From a virus, in the IMG/VR virus record IMGVR_UViG_3300020577_010320: a stretch of DNA of 64,000 bases; one strand, written 5' to 3'. Below the pieces are notes generated by a model. That model did no database searches, was not told the origin of the DNA, and saw nothing but the letters and a program-made list of their open reading frames with translations. Shown one piece after another: positions 1 to 8,343 of the stretch (positions are counted from its first letter, which is position 1; each line of letters begins with the position of its first letter). Made by a program: the position numbers and the translations under genes.

Positions 1-4
1 CTCA

Positions 5-219
5 TCACCCCTCCCCGTCGTAAGTGAACAGCTCGTTACACCCGCGGTCCGCCGCCATACGATTGATTAAGTCGTCCGGCAGGAGTCTGTACAGTGTCGG
101 GGGTATGTTGACGCCGATCGGCTTCAGGGTGATCCAACCGTAAACTCGGTCGCCGATGTTGAACCACACCGCCACACTACGGCCACAGTAAAACTGCCGG
201 TGATATCTGACGAACACGT
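5..219 (-). CDS. tandem-array small protein, LPG...ELFxYDEEG-tail family
   Basis: ends ...NELFTYDGEG*; GTG/ATG start immediately after upstream stop. Confidence 0.6.
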
Positions 220-503
220 CAGCCCTCCTCGTCGAAAACGAACAGGTCATCGTCGTGGAACACGTCCGCGCCGTTGACGTAGAACTGGCCGTACGTGTCG
301 CCGGGTAGGAGCCTAGACACAGCGAACCACGACTCGTCTGGATCCTCCTTGACGTCCCCGTCACACCCGAAGTCGCGGTACGGCACGTCGTCGACAACGT
401 AGCCGTGCTGGTTGTGTAACACGCGGGCGACGCAGACCAGACTCAGGTCTTGATAGTTGTCCCGCGACCGCCGCACGCCCTTGAAGTGAACAGTACCGAT
501 CAT
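219..503 (-). CDS. tandem-array small protein, LPG...ELFxYDEEG-tail family
   Basis: ends ...LFVFDEEG*; ATG overlaps upstream TGA (GAGGAGGGGTGATGA). Confidence 0.65.
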   Translation of the reverse strand: MIGTVHFKGVRRSRDNYQDLSLVCVARVLHNQHGYVVDDVPYRDFGCDGDVKEDPDESWFAVSRLLPGDTYGQFYVNGADVFHDDDLFVFDEEG

Positions 504-735
504 CACCCCTCCTCGTCGAAAACGAACAGGTAATCGCTCCACGACCCGAAAAGCGTCCCGGACCCGTCTTGGGCGTCCCCCGGCAGGTGCACGATTAGGC
601 GGTTATACGCCTCCGCGTTCCTCAGATTGCTCCCGGGCGGGCGGGTTCGGATGAACTGATCGCCCGAATCGCCGTACACCACGACTACACCGTAGATAGC
701 CCTAGAGCGTCGTACTAGTAGAGTTCGCCCCACGT
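503..735 (-). CDS. tandem-array small protein, LPG...ELFxYDEEG-tail family
   Basis: ends ...YLFVFDEEG*; start overlaps upstream stop. Confidence 0.6.
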
Positions 736-962
736 CAGCCCTCCTCATCGAGGGTGAACAGATCGCCAGGGTCGCTCGGCAGATCCCACCACAAGAAATG
801 CATTTGGCGGTTACGGTAGTAGTCGAACCGCGGATGGCTGTACTGAACCTCCAGCTCCCGGTCCTCGTCGTCACACGGCTGGCACTGGAGGTCCCTGACC
901 GTCGAGACGCGGATGACGTCCTGCGTCCGCTCCACGTGATACACGCGCCACACGTCGGTCAT
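735..962 (-). CDS. tandem-array small protein, LPG...ELFxYDEEG-tail family
   Basis: ends ...WWDLPSDPGDLFTLDEEG*; 75 aa from MTDVW. Confidence 0.65.
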   Translation of the reverse strand: MTDVWRVYHVERTQDVIRVSTVRDLQCQPCDDEDRELEVQYSHPRFDYYRNRQMHFLWWDLPSDPGDLFTLDEEG

Positions 963-1207
963 CACCCATCCTCGTCGAACTCGAACAGTGTGTTGTGTGG
1001 ATAGGTTACGGCTCCGGGCAAGGAGTTCCACACCCTCCTGTCTGAGCGGGTCCGGCCGCACTCGCTCACCCGTCCGGTCGGGACCACTATCACTTCGAAC
1101 CGACCCTCCCACCCATCGTACGTCGTATGGAGCACAGTCTGACCGCACAGGCAGAGCGCTGACAGCAGTTGTCGCTTAACGCAGAATAGTGACACGTTGG
1201 TACGCAC
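962..1207 (-). CDS. tandem-array small protein, LPG...ELFxYDEEG-tail family
   Basis: ends ...WNSLPGAVTYPHNTLFEFDEDG*; TGAGTG junction. Confidence 0.6.
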   Translation of the reverse strand: MRTNVSLFCVKRQLLSALCLCGQTVLHTTYDGWEGRFEVIVVPTGRVSECGRTRSDRRVWNSLPGAVTYPHNTLFEFDEDG

Positions 1208-1453
1208 TCACCCCTCCTTGTCTAGAGTAAAGAGTTCATCGTCGTACGCCTGTCGCCACCTGTACAACCAGCCGCCGGGCAGGAGCTGCCACACGCGGGC
1301 GAGTTCGGGGTCGACCCACGAAATGGAACAGTCGACGTTACAACGCCAACCTCGCAGATGGGTGTCCACTAAGGCCGCCGGCGGGTGGCTGTTTTCCACG
1401 AAGTGCGCGCTGACGCACCGTCCGAACCGACGCATGTGTGAGGTTACACTCAC
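1208..1453 (-). CDS. tandem-array small protein, LPG...ELFxYDEEG-tail family
   Basis: ends ...WQLLPGGWLYRWRQAYDDELFTLDKEG*. Confidence 0.6.
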   Translation of the reverse strand: MSVTSHMRRFGRCVSAHFVENSHPPAALVDTHLRGWRCNVDCSISWVDPELARVWQLLPGGWLYRWRQAYDDELFTLDKEG

Positions 1454-1454
1454 T

Positions 1455-1745
1455 TCACCCCTCCTCGTCGAAGACGAATAGCTCGTTACACTTCCGCGTC
1501 TCTACCTCACACCCACCGGGTAGGTTCAGCCACACGTGTCGCTGCTGACCGGCCTGGTCGCGGTACCGCAGCCAGAACGACCAGACGACGACGCACGGGT
1601 ACTCCCAGCCGGCGTGTACCCCCACCCCCTGGGGGACGTCGTGGTACCTGGAACTCTTGACGACGCTCAGCCGGACGCCGGGTTTGGACCGCCCCGGACC
1701 CCTACGGACGATGTGGGCCGCCCTGTGAACACTAACGTTCGACAC
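1455..1745 (-). CDS. tandem-array small protein, LPG...ELFxYDEEG-tail family
   Basis: ends ...WLNLPGGCEVETRKCNELFVFDEEG*. Confidence 0.6.
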   Translation of the reverse strand: MSNVSVHRAAHIVRRGPGRSKPGVRLSVVKSSRYHDVPQGVGVHAGWEYPCVVVWSFWLRYRDQAGQQRHVWLNLPGGCEVETRKCNELFVFDEEG

Positions 1746-1748
1746 CGA

Positions 1749-2072
1749 TCAGCCCTCCTCGTCGTAAGTGAACAGTTCATCGTCGACGTCTGTCGTCAAC
1801 ACGGACTGGTCTCGGAAGACCCCGCCGCCCGGTAGTAGGTGCCACACGTCGTACAATTGGGCGTCCACGAACACGTCGCGGCTGTAGATGGAGAACTCCG
1901 TCCAGTACAGCGTGACTATCGGGTCGAAACTACCGTCGACCGGTATGTAGTCCGAGAACACACACGCCGCGTCATGGCCGACCGTGATCTCGCGCGCCTG
2001 TTCCCAGCCGCGGTCGGTGCAGCTCTCCGCGTAGAAGTAGAACTGCAGCGAGGTGCGAAACACGTAGGGCAT
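1749..2072 (-). CDS. tandem-array small protein, LPG...ELFxYDEEG-tail family
   Basis: ends ...WHLLPGGGVFRDQSVLTTDVDDELFTYDEEG*; ATG 6 nt after upstream TGA, SD GAGGAGGGG. Confidence 0.65.
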   Translation of the reverse strand: MPYVFRTSLQFYFYAESCTDRGWEQAREITVGHDAACVFSDYIPVDGSFDPIVTLYWTEFSIYSRDVFVDAQLYDVWHLLPGGGVFRDQSVLTTDVDDELFTYDEEG

Positions 2073-2077
2073 CGACG

Positions 2078-2398
2078 TCACCCCTCCTCGTCGAGGACGA
2101 ACAACTCGTCGAAGGGTCCCTCGCATTGTGAGTCCGAGTCGCAGCCTCCCGGCAGAAGAGCCCAAACCCGGCACAGCTCGGCGCAAACGAAGTCGCCAGT
2201 CCGAACGACGAGATACCGCTTCACCATCGCACACGCTCCGTAGGCGCAGACCTCGCGGTACATAGTACCGTAACGCCAGAACCCCTCTACGATGTCGTGC
2301 GGATAGTGCAGTTCTGCGTCAGGGTAGGCGAAAGGCGCCATCTCATTGTAGTAGCACCAACAGTCGACGTCGGATCGACCGACCGTACAGCAGGTCAT
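2078..2398 (-). CDS. tandem-array small protein, LPG...ELFxYDEEG-tail family
   Basis: ends ...WALLPGGCDSDSQCEGPFDELFVLDEEG*; GTGATGA junction. Confidence 0.65.
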   Translation of the reverse strand: MTCCTVGRSDVDCWCYYNEMAPFAYPDAELHYPHDIVEGFWRYGTMYREVCAYGACAMVKRYLVVRTGDFVCAELCRVWALLPGGCDSDSQCEGPFDELFVLDEEG

Positions 2399-2649
2399 CA
2401 CCCCTCCTCGTCATAGACAAACAATTCCCCGCGCATGGATCCACGACACATCCGAGGCAGCAGGTTGAGCAGTACACCGGTCGGCGAAGAGCGAAACTCC
2501 TTACGCACACACTCCTGGCTCGAAAGGGGTAAATACACGAGGTGATCGCTCGTCGCCATGTGAATGCGAGTCGTCTGGCCGAACTTTTTGTAGCAGACGT
2601 AGACTCCGATCGAGAACCGTCCCCGGCCCAAGTCGAACGGCTTATTCAT
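2398..2649 (-). CDS. tandem-array small protein, LPG...ELFxYDEEG-tail family
   Basis: ends ...LNLLPRMCRGSMRGELFVYDEEG*. Confidence 0.6.
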   Translation of the reverse strand: MNKPFDLGRGRFSIGVYVCYKKFGQTTRIHMATSDHLVYLPLSSQECVRKEFRSSPTGVLLNLLPRMCRGSMRGELFVYDEEG

Positions 2650-2858
2650 CACCCCTCCTCGTCGTGAACGTAAAGGTCGGCGTACCCAGGCATCAAGCGC
2701 CACATGACGTGGTCGGCGAGTCTGTTGAGTGACACGTCGATTACATACGCTACGCACCGCGTGTCTGGCGGGCACTCACCGGCGACGGAGTCTATAACGC
2801 CACCACGGTGCCCCCGTGTGTGGACGAATCTGATCAAGACGTGGTAACGCACGGTCAC
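2649..2858 (-). CDS. tandem-array small protein, LPG...ELFxYDEEG-tail family
   Basis: ends ...WRLMPGYADLYVHDEEG*. Confidence 0.6.
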   Translation of the reverse strand: MTVRYHVLIRFVHTRGHRGGVIDSVAGECPPDTRCVAYVIDVSLNRLADHVMWRLMPGYADLYVHDEEG

Positions 2859-3145
2859 CCCTCCTCGTCGAACACGAACAACTCTCGGAGCGTGTCCCGG
2901 TCCCAGTTCGGCCTAACGCCGCCTGGCAGGTTCAGCCACACGCGTTGGTCGTCTGGGTACACGCACTGCAGCGTAGTAAGTATTTGGGGCTCGCAGTCGA
3001 TAGATGCGTCCGGGTGACGGTGTACAGCCCAGTAGATCGGTTCAACGGGTATCGTCGATGCGAACGCCGCAACCTCGACGTAGTCCGGGGTGACTACGAT
3101 TACTCGTCGCATATAACGGCGGAGTAGGTAGTTGTACACGGTCAC
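2855..3145 (-). CDS. tandem-array small protein, LPG...ELFxYDEEG-tail family
   Basis: ends ...WLNLPGGVRPNWDRDTLRELFVFDEEG*. Confidence 0.6.
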   Translation of the reverse strand: MTVYNYLLRRYMRRVIVVTPDYVEVAAFASTIPVEPIYWAVHRHPDASIDCEPQILTTLQCVYPDDQRVWLNLPGGVRPNWDRDTLRELFVFDEEG

Positions 3146-3396
3146 CCCTCCTCGTCGTGGATGTACAACTCGTTCTCGTACACACCGTGCCGGCGAACGC
3201 CTGCAGCACCTGGCAGCTTCGCGTACCACCCCACCGGCGTTTGGGGTGTACCGAGGAAGCGGTTGATGTGCGTCTTGATGAGACGCCTCCCGTGTGCGTA
3301 CGTCCAAAACGCACCCAGCTCATATGCGTCTACGTGGATCACGTCCGTGTAGTATTCGCGCGAGGGGCCCCGGCTCACGACGAGCATCAGCTTCAT
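3142..3396 (-). CDS. tandem-array small protein, LPG...ELFxYDEEG-tail family
   Basis: ends ...WYAKLPGAAGVRRHGVYENELYIHDEEG*; ATGA overlap with upstream non-family gene. Confidence 0.6.
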   Translation of the reverse strand: MKLMLVVSRGPSREYYTDVIHVDAYELGAFWTYAHGRRLIKTHINRFLGTPQTPVGWYAKLPGAAGVRRHGVYENELYIHDEEG

Positions 3397-3650
3397 ACAT
3401 CCTCCAGGTCGACGCCGTCCCACAGCTCCTTGACGTCCACCGAGAACACCCCGGAGACGCCGGTGATCGCAGCCACGTGCGCCATGTCCGCCCGCCCGTG
3501 AACCAGCCCGCAGTCCAGCACCTCGTCGACCGTCATGCCGGCCTTCGTCAGGCGGCTCACGACGCCGGCCATCTTCTCCCGCATGAACGCCGCCTCTACG
3601 AGTACGCGGACGTCCTTGACGTCCCCCGACGCCTTACGCTTCTTCGCCAC
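3393..3650 (-). CDS. hypothetical small protein (non-family insert in array)
   Basis: 85-aa ORF; GTG start with AGGAG 6 nt upstream; no DEEG tail. Confidence 0.5.
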   Translation of the reverse strand: MAKKRKASGDVKDVRVLVEAAFMREKMAGVVSRLTKAGMTVDEVLDCGLVHGRADMAHVAAITGVSGVFSVDVKELWDGVDLEDV

Positions 3651-3660
3651 GGCGACTCCT

Positions 3661-3690
3661 AAAAAGAAAAACCGTCCCGGAGGACGGTGT
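3661..3690 (-). terminator. rho-independent terminator (minus strand)
   Basis: ACCGTCC-tccg-GGACGGT hairpin followed by TTTTTCTTTTT on minus strand, directly after 3729..3947. Confidence 0.6.
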
Positions 3691-3728
3691 GTTCTGCCGC
3701 AACCATAATGACAGTTTGGGGCCGCGTG

Positions 3729-3947
3729 TTAAACGACCCGCACGTACCTACCCCTACGCCCGTCCCAGCACTCGCGGGTGATCGTCAAGCTGGCCCCGCC
3801 CTTGACCAGCCGTCTGAGCAACTCCTCGGCGTCAGCCTTGGACGCCTGCGCCTCGCCGTTGGCGGGGAATCGGTAATCGGCCCCGGTACGGTCCTTGCCG
3901 TGGACGACCCACCGGTCCGGTAGGCTCACCTCGTTGTGCTTAGCCAT
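3729..3947 (-). CDS. hypothetical small protein (non-family insert)
   Basis: 72-aa ORF MAKHNEVSLPDRW...; followed by terminator. Confidence 0.5.
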   Translation of the reverse strand: MAKHNEVSLPDRWVVHGKDRTGADYRFPANGEAQASKADAEELLRRLVKGGASLTITRECWDGRRGRYVRVV

Positions 3948-3950
3948 CGC

Positions 3951-4168
3951 TCACCCTTCTTCGTCCCATTCGAACAGTGTGAACCCGGTCGGCATTTTCA
4001 GCCACACGGCGGTCCACTCCCACTGACGCCTGCCGCCGTCGATTATGGTTATGCGGTTCGTACGGTTGCAGTACAGCGGGCGTTCTAGACTACACCAGTA
4101 CCCGTCCACACTCGCCGAGATCGAGTGCGGGGTGTTCGGGTACTCTACGTGCCAGAGCCGCGTCAAGT
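3951..4168 (-). CDS. tandem-array small protein, LPG...ELFxYDEEG-tail family
   Basis: ends ...WLKMPTGFTLFEWDEEG*. Confidence 0.55.
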
Positions 4169-4371
4169 CAACCCTCCTCGTCCAATACGAACAGCTCACC
4201 GGGGCGTTCTGGACTCCACCCGGGAAGACGGTACCACAAGTGTTGGTCGAAGTACTTCGCTGTGCGGAAATTGAACCCCACAGTAAGGGCCACGTGACTG
4301 TCCTGCACGCACGACGGGCGCGACGCCCGCAACTCAAACGCGCACCAGTACCGCTCGATATTGCAAAACAT
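4168..4371 (-). CDS. tandem-array small protein, LPG...ELFxYDEEG-tail family
   Basis: 67 aa MFCNIERYW...WYRLPGWSPERPGELFVLDEEG*; length matches overlap-start. Confidence 0.65.
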   Translation of the reverse strand: MFCNIERYWCAFELRASRPSCVQDSHVALTVGFNFRTAKYFDQHLWYRLPGWSPERPGELFVLDEEG

Positions 4372-4595
4372 CACCCCTCCGCGTCCCAAGTGAACAGGTC
4401 GCCGTAGTTTGGCAGGCTGGTCCACACGACCACCCAGGACTGAACCCAGGATCCTTCGATAATACTCCTACGGAATACGTCTAACGCGTCCAAGTCACGA
4501 AACACTACCGGCACCGGTGAAGTGTACGGTTTGGGGATGAACGCGCACCACCCGACGTGGTAGGCGTTGTAAAACTTGATTAGGCGGCTACACAC
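4371..4595 (-). CDS. tandem-array small protein, LPG...ELFxYDEEG-tail family
   Basis: ends ...WTSLPNYGDLFTWDAEG*. Confidence 0.6.
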   Translation of the reverse strand: MCSRLIKFYNAYHVGWCAFIPKPYTSPVPVVFRDLDALDVFRRSIIEGSWVQSWVVVWTSLPNYGDLFTWDAEG

Positions 4596-4598
4596 GGT

Positions 4599-4790
4599 TC
4601 AGCCATCCTCGTCCAATACGAACAACTCACTAATCCACCGCTTCGTCCACCCTGGTAGTGAGCGCCACAAGAGCTGGTCGTTCGCGTTCGAATTCAGGTA
4701 GCGAAAGTCAAGTCCAACAACGTCAAAACAGTGACCGTTGCGGTCCGCCAGGGGGCAACAATCGCAGTTCCGTGACATGTAACACACCAT
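4599..4790 (-). CDS. tandem-array small protein, LPG...ELFxYDEEG-tail family
   Basis: 63 aa MVCYMS...WRSLPGWTKRWISELFVLDEDG*. Confidence 0.65.
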   Translation of the reverse strand: MVCYMSRNCDCCPLADRNGHCFDVVGLDFRYLNSNANDQLLWRSLPGWTKRWISELFVLDEDG

Positions 4791-5047
4791 CACCCCTCCC
4801 AGTCGTAAACGAACAGTTCCGCCTCGTCCCCCCATCGGTCGAGGTAGTCGAACCCGCTGCCGCCGGGGAGAGACGTCCATACGCGCAAGAACTCACCCGG
4901 ATGGGCCCACTCTCCGCCCACGACCGTAGTACGGAGGCGACCGTAAAACCCCGTCGGGAGGAGTGTCACTTCGTGCACCAGAGCCACATACCAGTTACCC
5001 ACGTCGGGCGTGTAGTGGCGCTCCACGTATTCGAAGACGCGGGCCAT
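4790..5047 (-). CDS. tandem-array small protein, LPG...ELFxYDEEG-tail family
   Basis: ends ...WTSLPGGSGFDYLDRWGDEAELFVYDWEG*. Confidence 0.6.
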   Translation of the reverse strand: MARVFEYVERHYTPDVGNWYVALVHEVTLLPTGFYGRLRTTVVGGEWAHPGEFLRVWTSLPGGSGFDYLDRWGDEAELFVYDWEG

Positions 5048-5286
5048 CACCCTTCCTCATCGAGTACGAACAGTTCCCGTAAGTCTCTGAACCCAGGCAG
5101 GTTCCAATACAAGTCGTCAGTCCAACCGTCGTCGTCGAATCTACAGTTAGCCACAGACTCGAGGCTGACGAGAAACGTTATCGGCTGCGAGTGTCCGAAC
5201 GCGGACACCCGGAACAACACGCCCACATTTGCGTACCCGCCGGCGCAACGGCGTAAGTCCTCCACTACGGCTGGGAGCAGAGTCAT
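5047..5286 (-). CDS. tandem-array small protein, LPG...ELFxYDEEG-tail family
   Basis: ends ...WNLPGFRDLRELFVLDEEG*. Confidence 0.6.
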   Translation of the reverse strand: MTLLPAVVEDLRRCAGGYANVGVLFRVSAFGHSQPITFLVSLESVANCRFDDDGWTDDLYWNLPGFRDLRELFVLDEEG

Positions 5287-5588
5287 CATCCCTCCTCATC
5301 GAGTACGAACAAAGAAGCGTGTTGCGGCGAACAGGCGACGCCGCCCGGCAGCATGTGCCACAACTTCGTGTCTTCATACGCCTCCGCCGGCTCGGATAAA
5401 TCCTCCGAGAGAAGCCCTTTGGGAGTCACCACCCTGCGCCACCCGACGTAGCCCGAACTGCGGACCACTCTGTACACCCCGGCGCCTCGCGCCAGCGGGC
5501 ACGTCGTCACGACCAGGTGCCACTCGTACCACGCCGGGTTCGGTCTGTCGACGGCGACGTGACGGTAGTCGTAGGGCCACTGCACCAC
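5286..5588 (-). CDS. tandem-array small protein, LPG...ELFxYDEEG-tail family
   Basis: ends ...WHMLPGGVACSPQHASLFVLDEEG*. Confidence 0.6.
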   Translation of the reverse strand: MVQWPYDYRHVAVDRPNPAWYEWHLVVTTCPLARGAGVYRVVRSSGYVGWRRVVTPKGLLSEDLSEPAEAYEDTKLWHMLPGGVACSPQHASLFVLDEEG

Positions 5589-5819
5589 TCACCCCTCCTC
5601 GTCGTAAGTGAACAACTCGTCAGGGCGGGACGGGCGCCAACCCGGTAACGCCCGCCACAAACGATGCGACTCCGGACTCCAACCCGCACGACCCTCGTCG
5701 CTGCGATCGAGCGCGGCGACGACGCCGCCCAGGACAATGACGTCCTCCATGTCAATGCGGTGCCCGTCGGCCCGGTAGACGTACCAATGCGACGAGCCGC
5801 GTTCCATACGTTTGACCAT
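5589..5819 (-). CDS. tandem-array small protein, LPG...ELFxYDEEG-tail family
   Basis: ends ...WRALPGWRPSRPDELFTYDEEG*. Confidence 0.6.
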   Translation of the reverse strand: MVKRMERGSSHWYVYRADGHRIDMEDVIVLGGVVAALDRSDEGRAGWSPESHRLWRALPGWRPSRPDELFTYDEEG

Positions 5820-6019
5820 CACCCCTCCGCGTCGAAGACGAACAGCTCGTCCAGGGCGTCAAAACTCCAACCCGGTAACAGCGACCACAGCTCGCCCCGG
5901 GTTGCGGTATAACCCCACCGGACGTGCGGCGGGAAGATGATGAGGGCGAACCTGGAATCATCGAACGAATCGATCAGGCGAACCGAACGCATCGTTCGTT
6001 CCATGTAGTACGGGGTCAT
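5819..6019 (-). CDS. tandem-array small protein, LPG...ELFxYDEEG-tail family
   Basis: ends ...WSLLPGWSFDALDELFVFDAEG*. Confidence 0.6.
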   Translation of the reverse strand: MTPYYMERTMRSVRLIDSFDDSRFALIIFPPHVRWGYTATRGELWSLLPGWSFDALDELFVFDAEG

Positions 6020-6216
6020 CACCCCTCCCCGTCGAACTGATACAACTCCGCATAGTTCGGCATCGAGTCCCACACGTTACTAGCCGTGTACCTCTCCGTG
6101 TACACACTCAACGTCCGCCCGCGGTGCGGGACGTCGCCGTTGTACGCCGTGACCAAGATGATCCGCCCGCCGGCGTCGCTGCGGCGGGCGGTGCAAACGA
6201 GCTCCGTCGTAACCAT
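6019..6216 (-). CDS. tandem-array small protein, LPG...ELFxYDEEG-tail family
   Basis: ends ...WDSMPNYAELYQFDGEG*. Confidence 0.55.
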   Translation of the reverse strand: MVTTELVCTARRSDAGGRIILVTAYNGDVPHRGRTLSVYTERYTASNVWDSMPNYAELYQFDGEG

Positions 6217-6410
6217 CACCCCTCCTCGTCGCAAATGAACAAGTCACTAAGAGGATACAGACGCCAACCCGGTAAAAGCGACCACAGCACCTTATCTCTG
6301 GAGTACGCGTCCATGAGAGACGGGTACTGACGCCTGACCGAATCGACGCGTCCACACTGGTAACAGCACACCACGTAACCGTCACGCTCACGCGTCATGT
6401 ACTGTAGCAT
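6216..6410 (-). CDS. tandem-array small protein, LPG...ELFxYDEEG-tail family
   Basis: ends ...WSLLPGWRLYPLSDLFICDEEG*. Confidence 0.6.
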   Translation of the reverse strand: MLQYMTRERDGYVVCCYQCGRVDSVRRQYPSLMDAYSRDKVLWSLLPGWRLYPLSDLFICDEEG

Positions 6411-6619
6411 CACCCCTCCCCATCGAACACGAACAACTCGTCACAAGTTCCACCACCTCGGTTGTAGTCGCCCGGCAGGTTTTCCCACCAGACGGGGTAG
6501 TCCGGCAAGTGCGGGTAATACACTACGTCGACCTCCGCCAAACCCACGTACAACTCGACGCGCGGGGATGCTGACACGGAAACGTCGTAACACCTAACAA
6601 GGTCTTTGAATTGTCGCAT
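6410..6619 (-). CDS. tandem-array small protein, LPG...ELFxYDEEG-tail family
   Basis: ends ...WENLPGDYNRGGGTCDELFVFDGEG*. Confidence 0.6.
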   Translation of the reverse strand: MRQFKDLVRCYDVSVSASPRVELYVGLAEVDVVYYPHLPDYPVWWENLPGDYNRGGGTCDELFVFDGEG

Positions 6620-6831
6620 CACCCCTCCTCGTCGTAGGTGTACAGCGACTGGGCGTCGGGCAGAAGACACATCACGCCGCCCACGTCCAACAGTTTTTCG
6701 TTCGGCGCCCACACGACCATCACATCCCCGACCCTACGCCGCCAGTCGCAGTCGCTAATACGCACGACCCAGCCGGACCACCCCATCAACAAGGAGTCCA
6801 GGACCAACTCGCGCTGCAGGCTATACGTCAT
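6619..6831 (-). CDS. tandem-array small protein, LPG...ELFxYDEEG-tail family
   Basis: ends ...LLPDAQSLYTYDEEG*; TAATG overlap with HAD gene stop. Confidence 0.55.
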   Translation of the reverse strand: MTYSLQRELVLDSLLMGWSGWVVRISDCDWRRRVGDVMVVWAPNEKLLDVGGVMCLLPDAQSLYTYDEEG

Positions 6832-7352
6832 TACCTGTCGACCTCGCCGAATCGGGTGGACAGGGCGCACAACTTCTCCTCCACCGCGCGACTAACGGTA
6901 GAGATCGAAACCCAGTCGGACAGGCGGTGCGGCTCCAACGACCAGTGAATGAACGTCCCGCCGCGGGCCTCGAACCCCTCCTTGTGTCGGAGGTCGTCGT
7001 CGATCAGTACGGCCCTCGGGTGGGCGACCTGATACTTCGACACACAGAGCATGAAGTTGTCGCGCAGCTCGGGTCGGTGCTCAGCGACCCAGGCGGTCTT
7101 ACCCTCGAACACACCCCGCCGAGCACCGGGAGCCGACGGGATCTTGGTCAGCAAGAACGCGGACTCGCCGAAGTCTTGATTGACGGACCCGAGCCAGTCG
7201 CGGATTACCGGGACGAGGTACCGGTTGCCCGGAGCCGGCGGTAAGGAGGACCAGAACTTCTTGCTGGTGTACCCCTTGGTCGCCATCCTGTCCTTCAAAC
7301 GCTGGTGAGTGTCGACAAGAACTCCGTCCATGTCGATGTACACGGTGAACAC
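6831..7352 (-). CDS. HAD-superfamily 5'(3')-deoxyribonucleotidase-like hydrolase
   Basis: MFTVYIDMDGVLVD (DxDGV motif I) ... VLIDDDLRHKEGFEARGGTFIHW; 173 aa. Confidence 0.6.
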   Translation of the reverse strand: MFTVYIDMDGVLVDTHQRLKDRMATKGYTSKKFWSSLPPAPGNRYLVPVIRDWLGSVNQDFGESAFLLTKIPSAPGARRGVFEGKTAWVAEHRPELRDNFMLCVSKYQVAHPRAVLIDDDLRHKEGFEARGGTFIHWSLEPHRLSDWVSISTVSRAVEEKLCALSTRFGEVDR

Positions 7353-7874
7353 GGAAATGCCCTCCAGTTGCGATTAAACGGACTGTAACGGACGATGTGT
7401 GGTCAAGACGACCAGGAACCCATCTCAAGCCCTGGACGTCTTAAACGCGAAATATGGAGAAACGCGGTAGGAGTGGGTTGGGCGGGGGTGGAGTGGACTA
7501 CGGCGAATCCGATCGGCTGAGCTAGGTTGCGTCCTGTTTAAGATTAAACGCCCCAGGATCGACGATCTGGGTACTGGATGAAATCTGAGTCACCCTCGTG
7601 GGCTCAGTGTCTTAAAACGCGTTTAATCGCAAAACTGGGGGAGTTCCTTTATAAAGGATCTCAGTCGGTTTTTGGCGATTTTCCGTAACTCTGTAGTGTC
7701 TTTTTCCTGCTTTGAGGAAAAAGACACGGCTTTCTTCTTCTTAACCATATTTCTTAAGAAGAAGAAGAAGAAGAAAGACAGCTGCAATATATCGACGGCT
7801 CCGACGCCCCTTTTTCGACCGTCTTCGACCGGAGTGTTTACCATCTTGGTAAACTTAGGATTCTCACCAATTCC
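7353..7874. promoter_or_regulatory. AT-rich structured intergenic island with TTAAACG iterons, perfect hairpins and (AAG)n
   Basis: GATTAAACG/CGTTTAATC copies at ~7372, 7441, 7548, 7612, 7621; 12-bp perfect hairpin GTGTCTTTTTCC...GGAAAAAGACAC at 7696-7727; TTCTTCTTCTTAA...TTAAGAAGAAGAA hairpin; (AAG)6; local GC far below flanks. Confidence 0.5.
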
Positions 7875-8114
7875 TCATCCTTCCTGGTCATGAGTGTACA
7901 GCTCGTGCGGATCGTCACGACCGCCTGGCAGTAATGCAGCAAAACCTCGAGGTCCGACACCGTAACCGTATTCGAGTGCGCTGGCGACCCGCGGTGGTAC
8001 CCTCCCCACCCTGCCGCCAAGAACCCCAGGCTGGTCGCTGTCGAACCGGCGCACCTCGACTCCGTCGTAGAACCTGCTCATGCCATATGACTTGGACACG
8101 TCATCCCTCTTCAT
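7875..8114 (-). CDS. tandem-array small protein, LPG...ELFxYDEEG-tail family
   Basis: ends ...ALLPGGRDDPHELYTHDQEG*. Confidence 0.55.
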   Translation of the reverse strand: MKRDDVSKSYGMSRFYDGVEVRRFDSDQPGVLGGRVGRVPPRVASALEYGYGVGPRGFAALLPGGRDDPHELYTHDQEG

Positions 8115-8343
8115 CGTAGACGAACAACTCGCACCACTGGTCCCACCATTGTTGTGAGTCGGGCATCATTTGACAGCTGCGGGCAGCGTTCCCCGGCAAC
8201 GCCTTCCAAACCGACAAGTCTTGGTTCGGTGTGACGGCCTGTGGGTGGCGCACCGTACTCAGGATGTGGCAGCCACGCGACAGCAGATACACCGCCGTCC
8301 CACCGTACTGTCGGTGTAAGGCTACGAACTGATCCACTGTCAC
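8101..8343 (-). CDS. tandem-array small protein, LPG...ELFxYDEEG-tail family
   Basis: ends ...WKALPGNAARSCQMMPDSQQWWDQWCELFVYDEEG*. Confidence 0.6.
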   Translation of the reverse strand: MTVDQFVALHRQYGGTAVYLLSRGCHILSTVRHPQAVTPNQDLSVWKALPGNAARSCQMMPDSQQWWDQWCELFVYDEEG

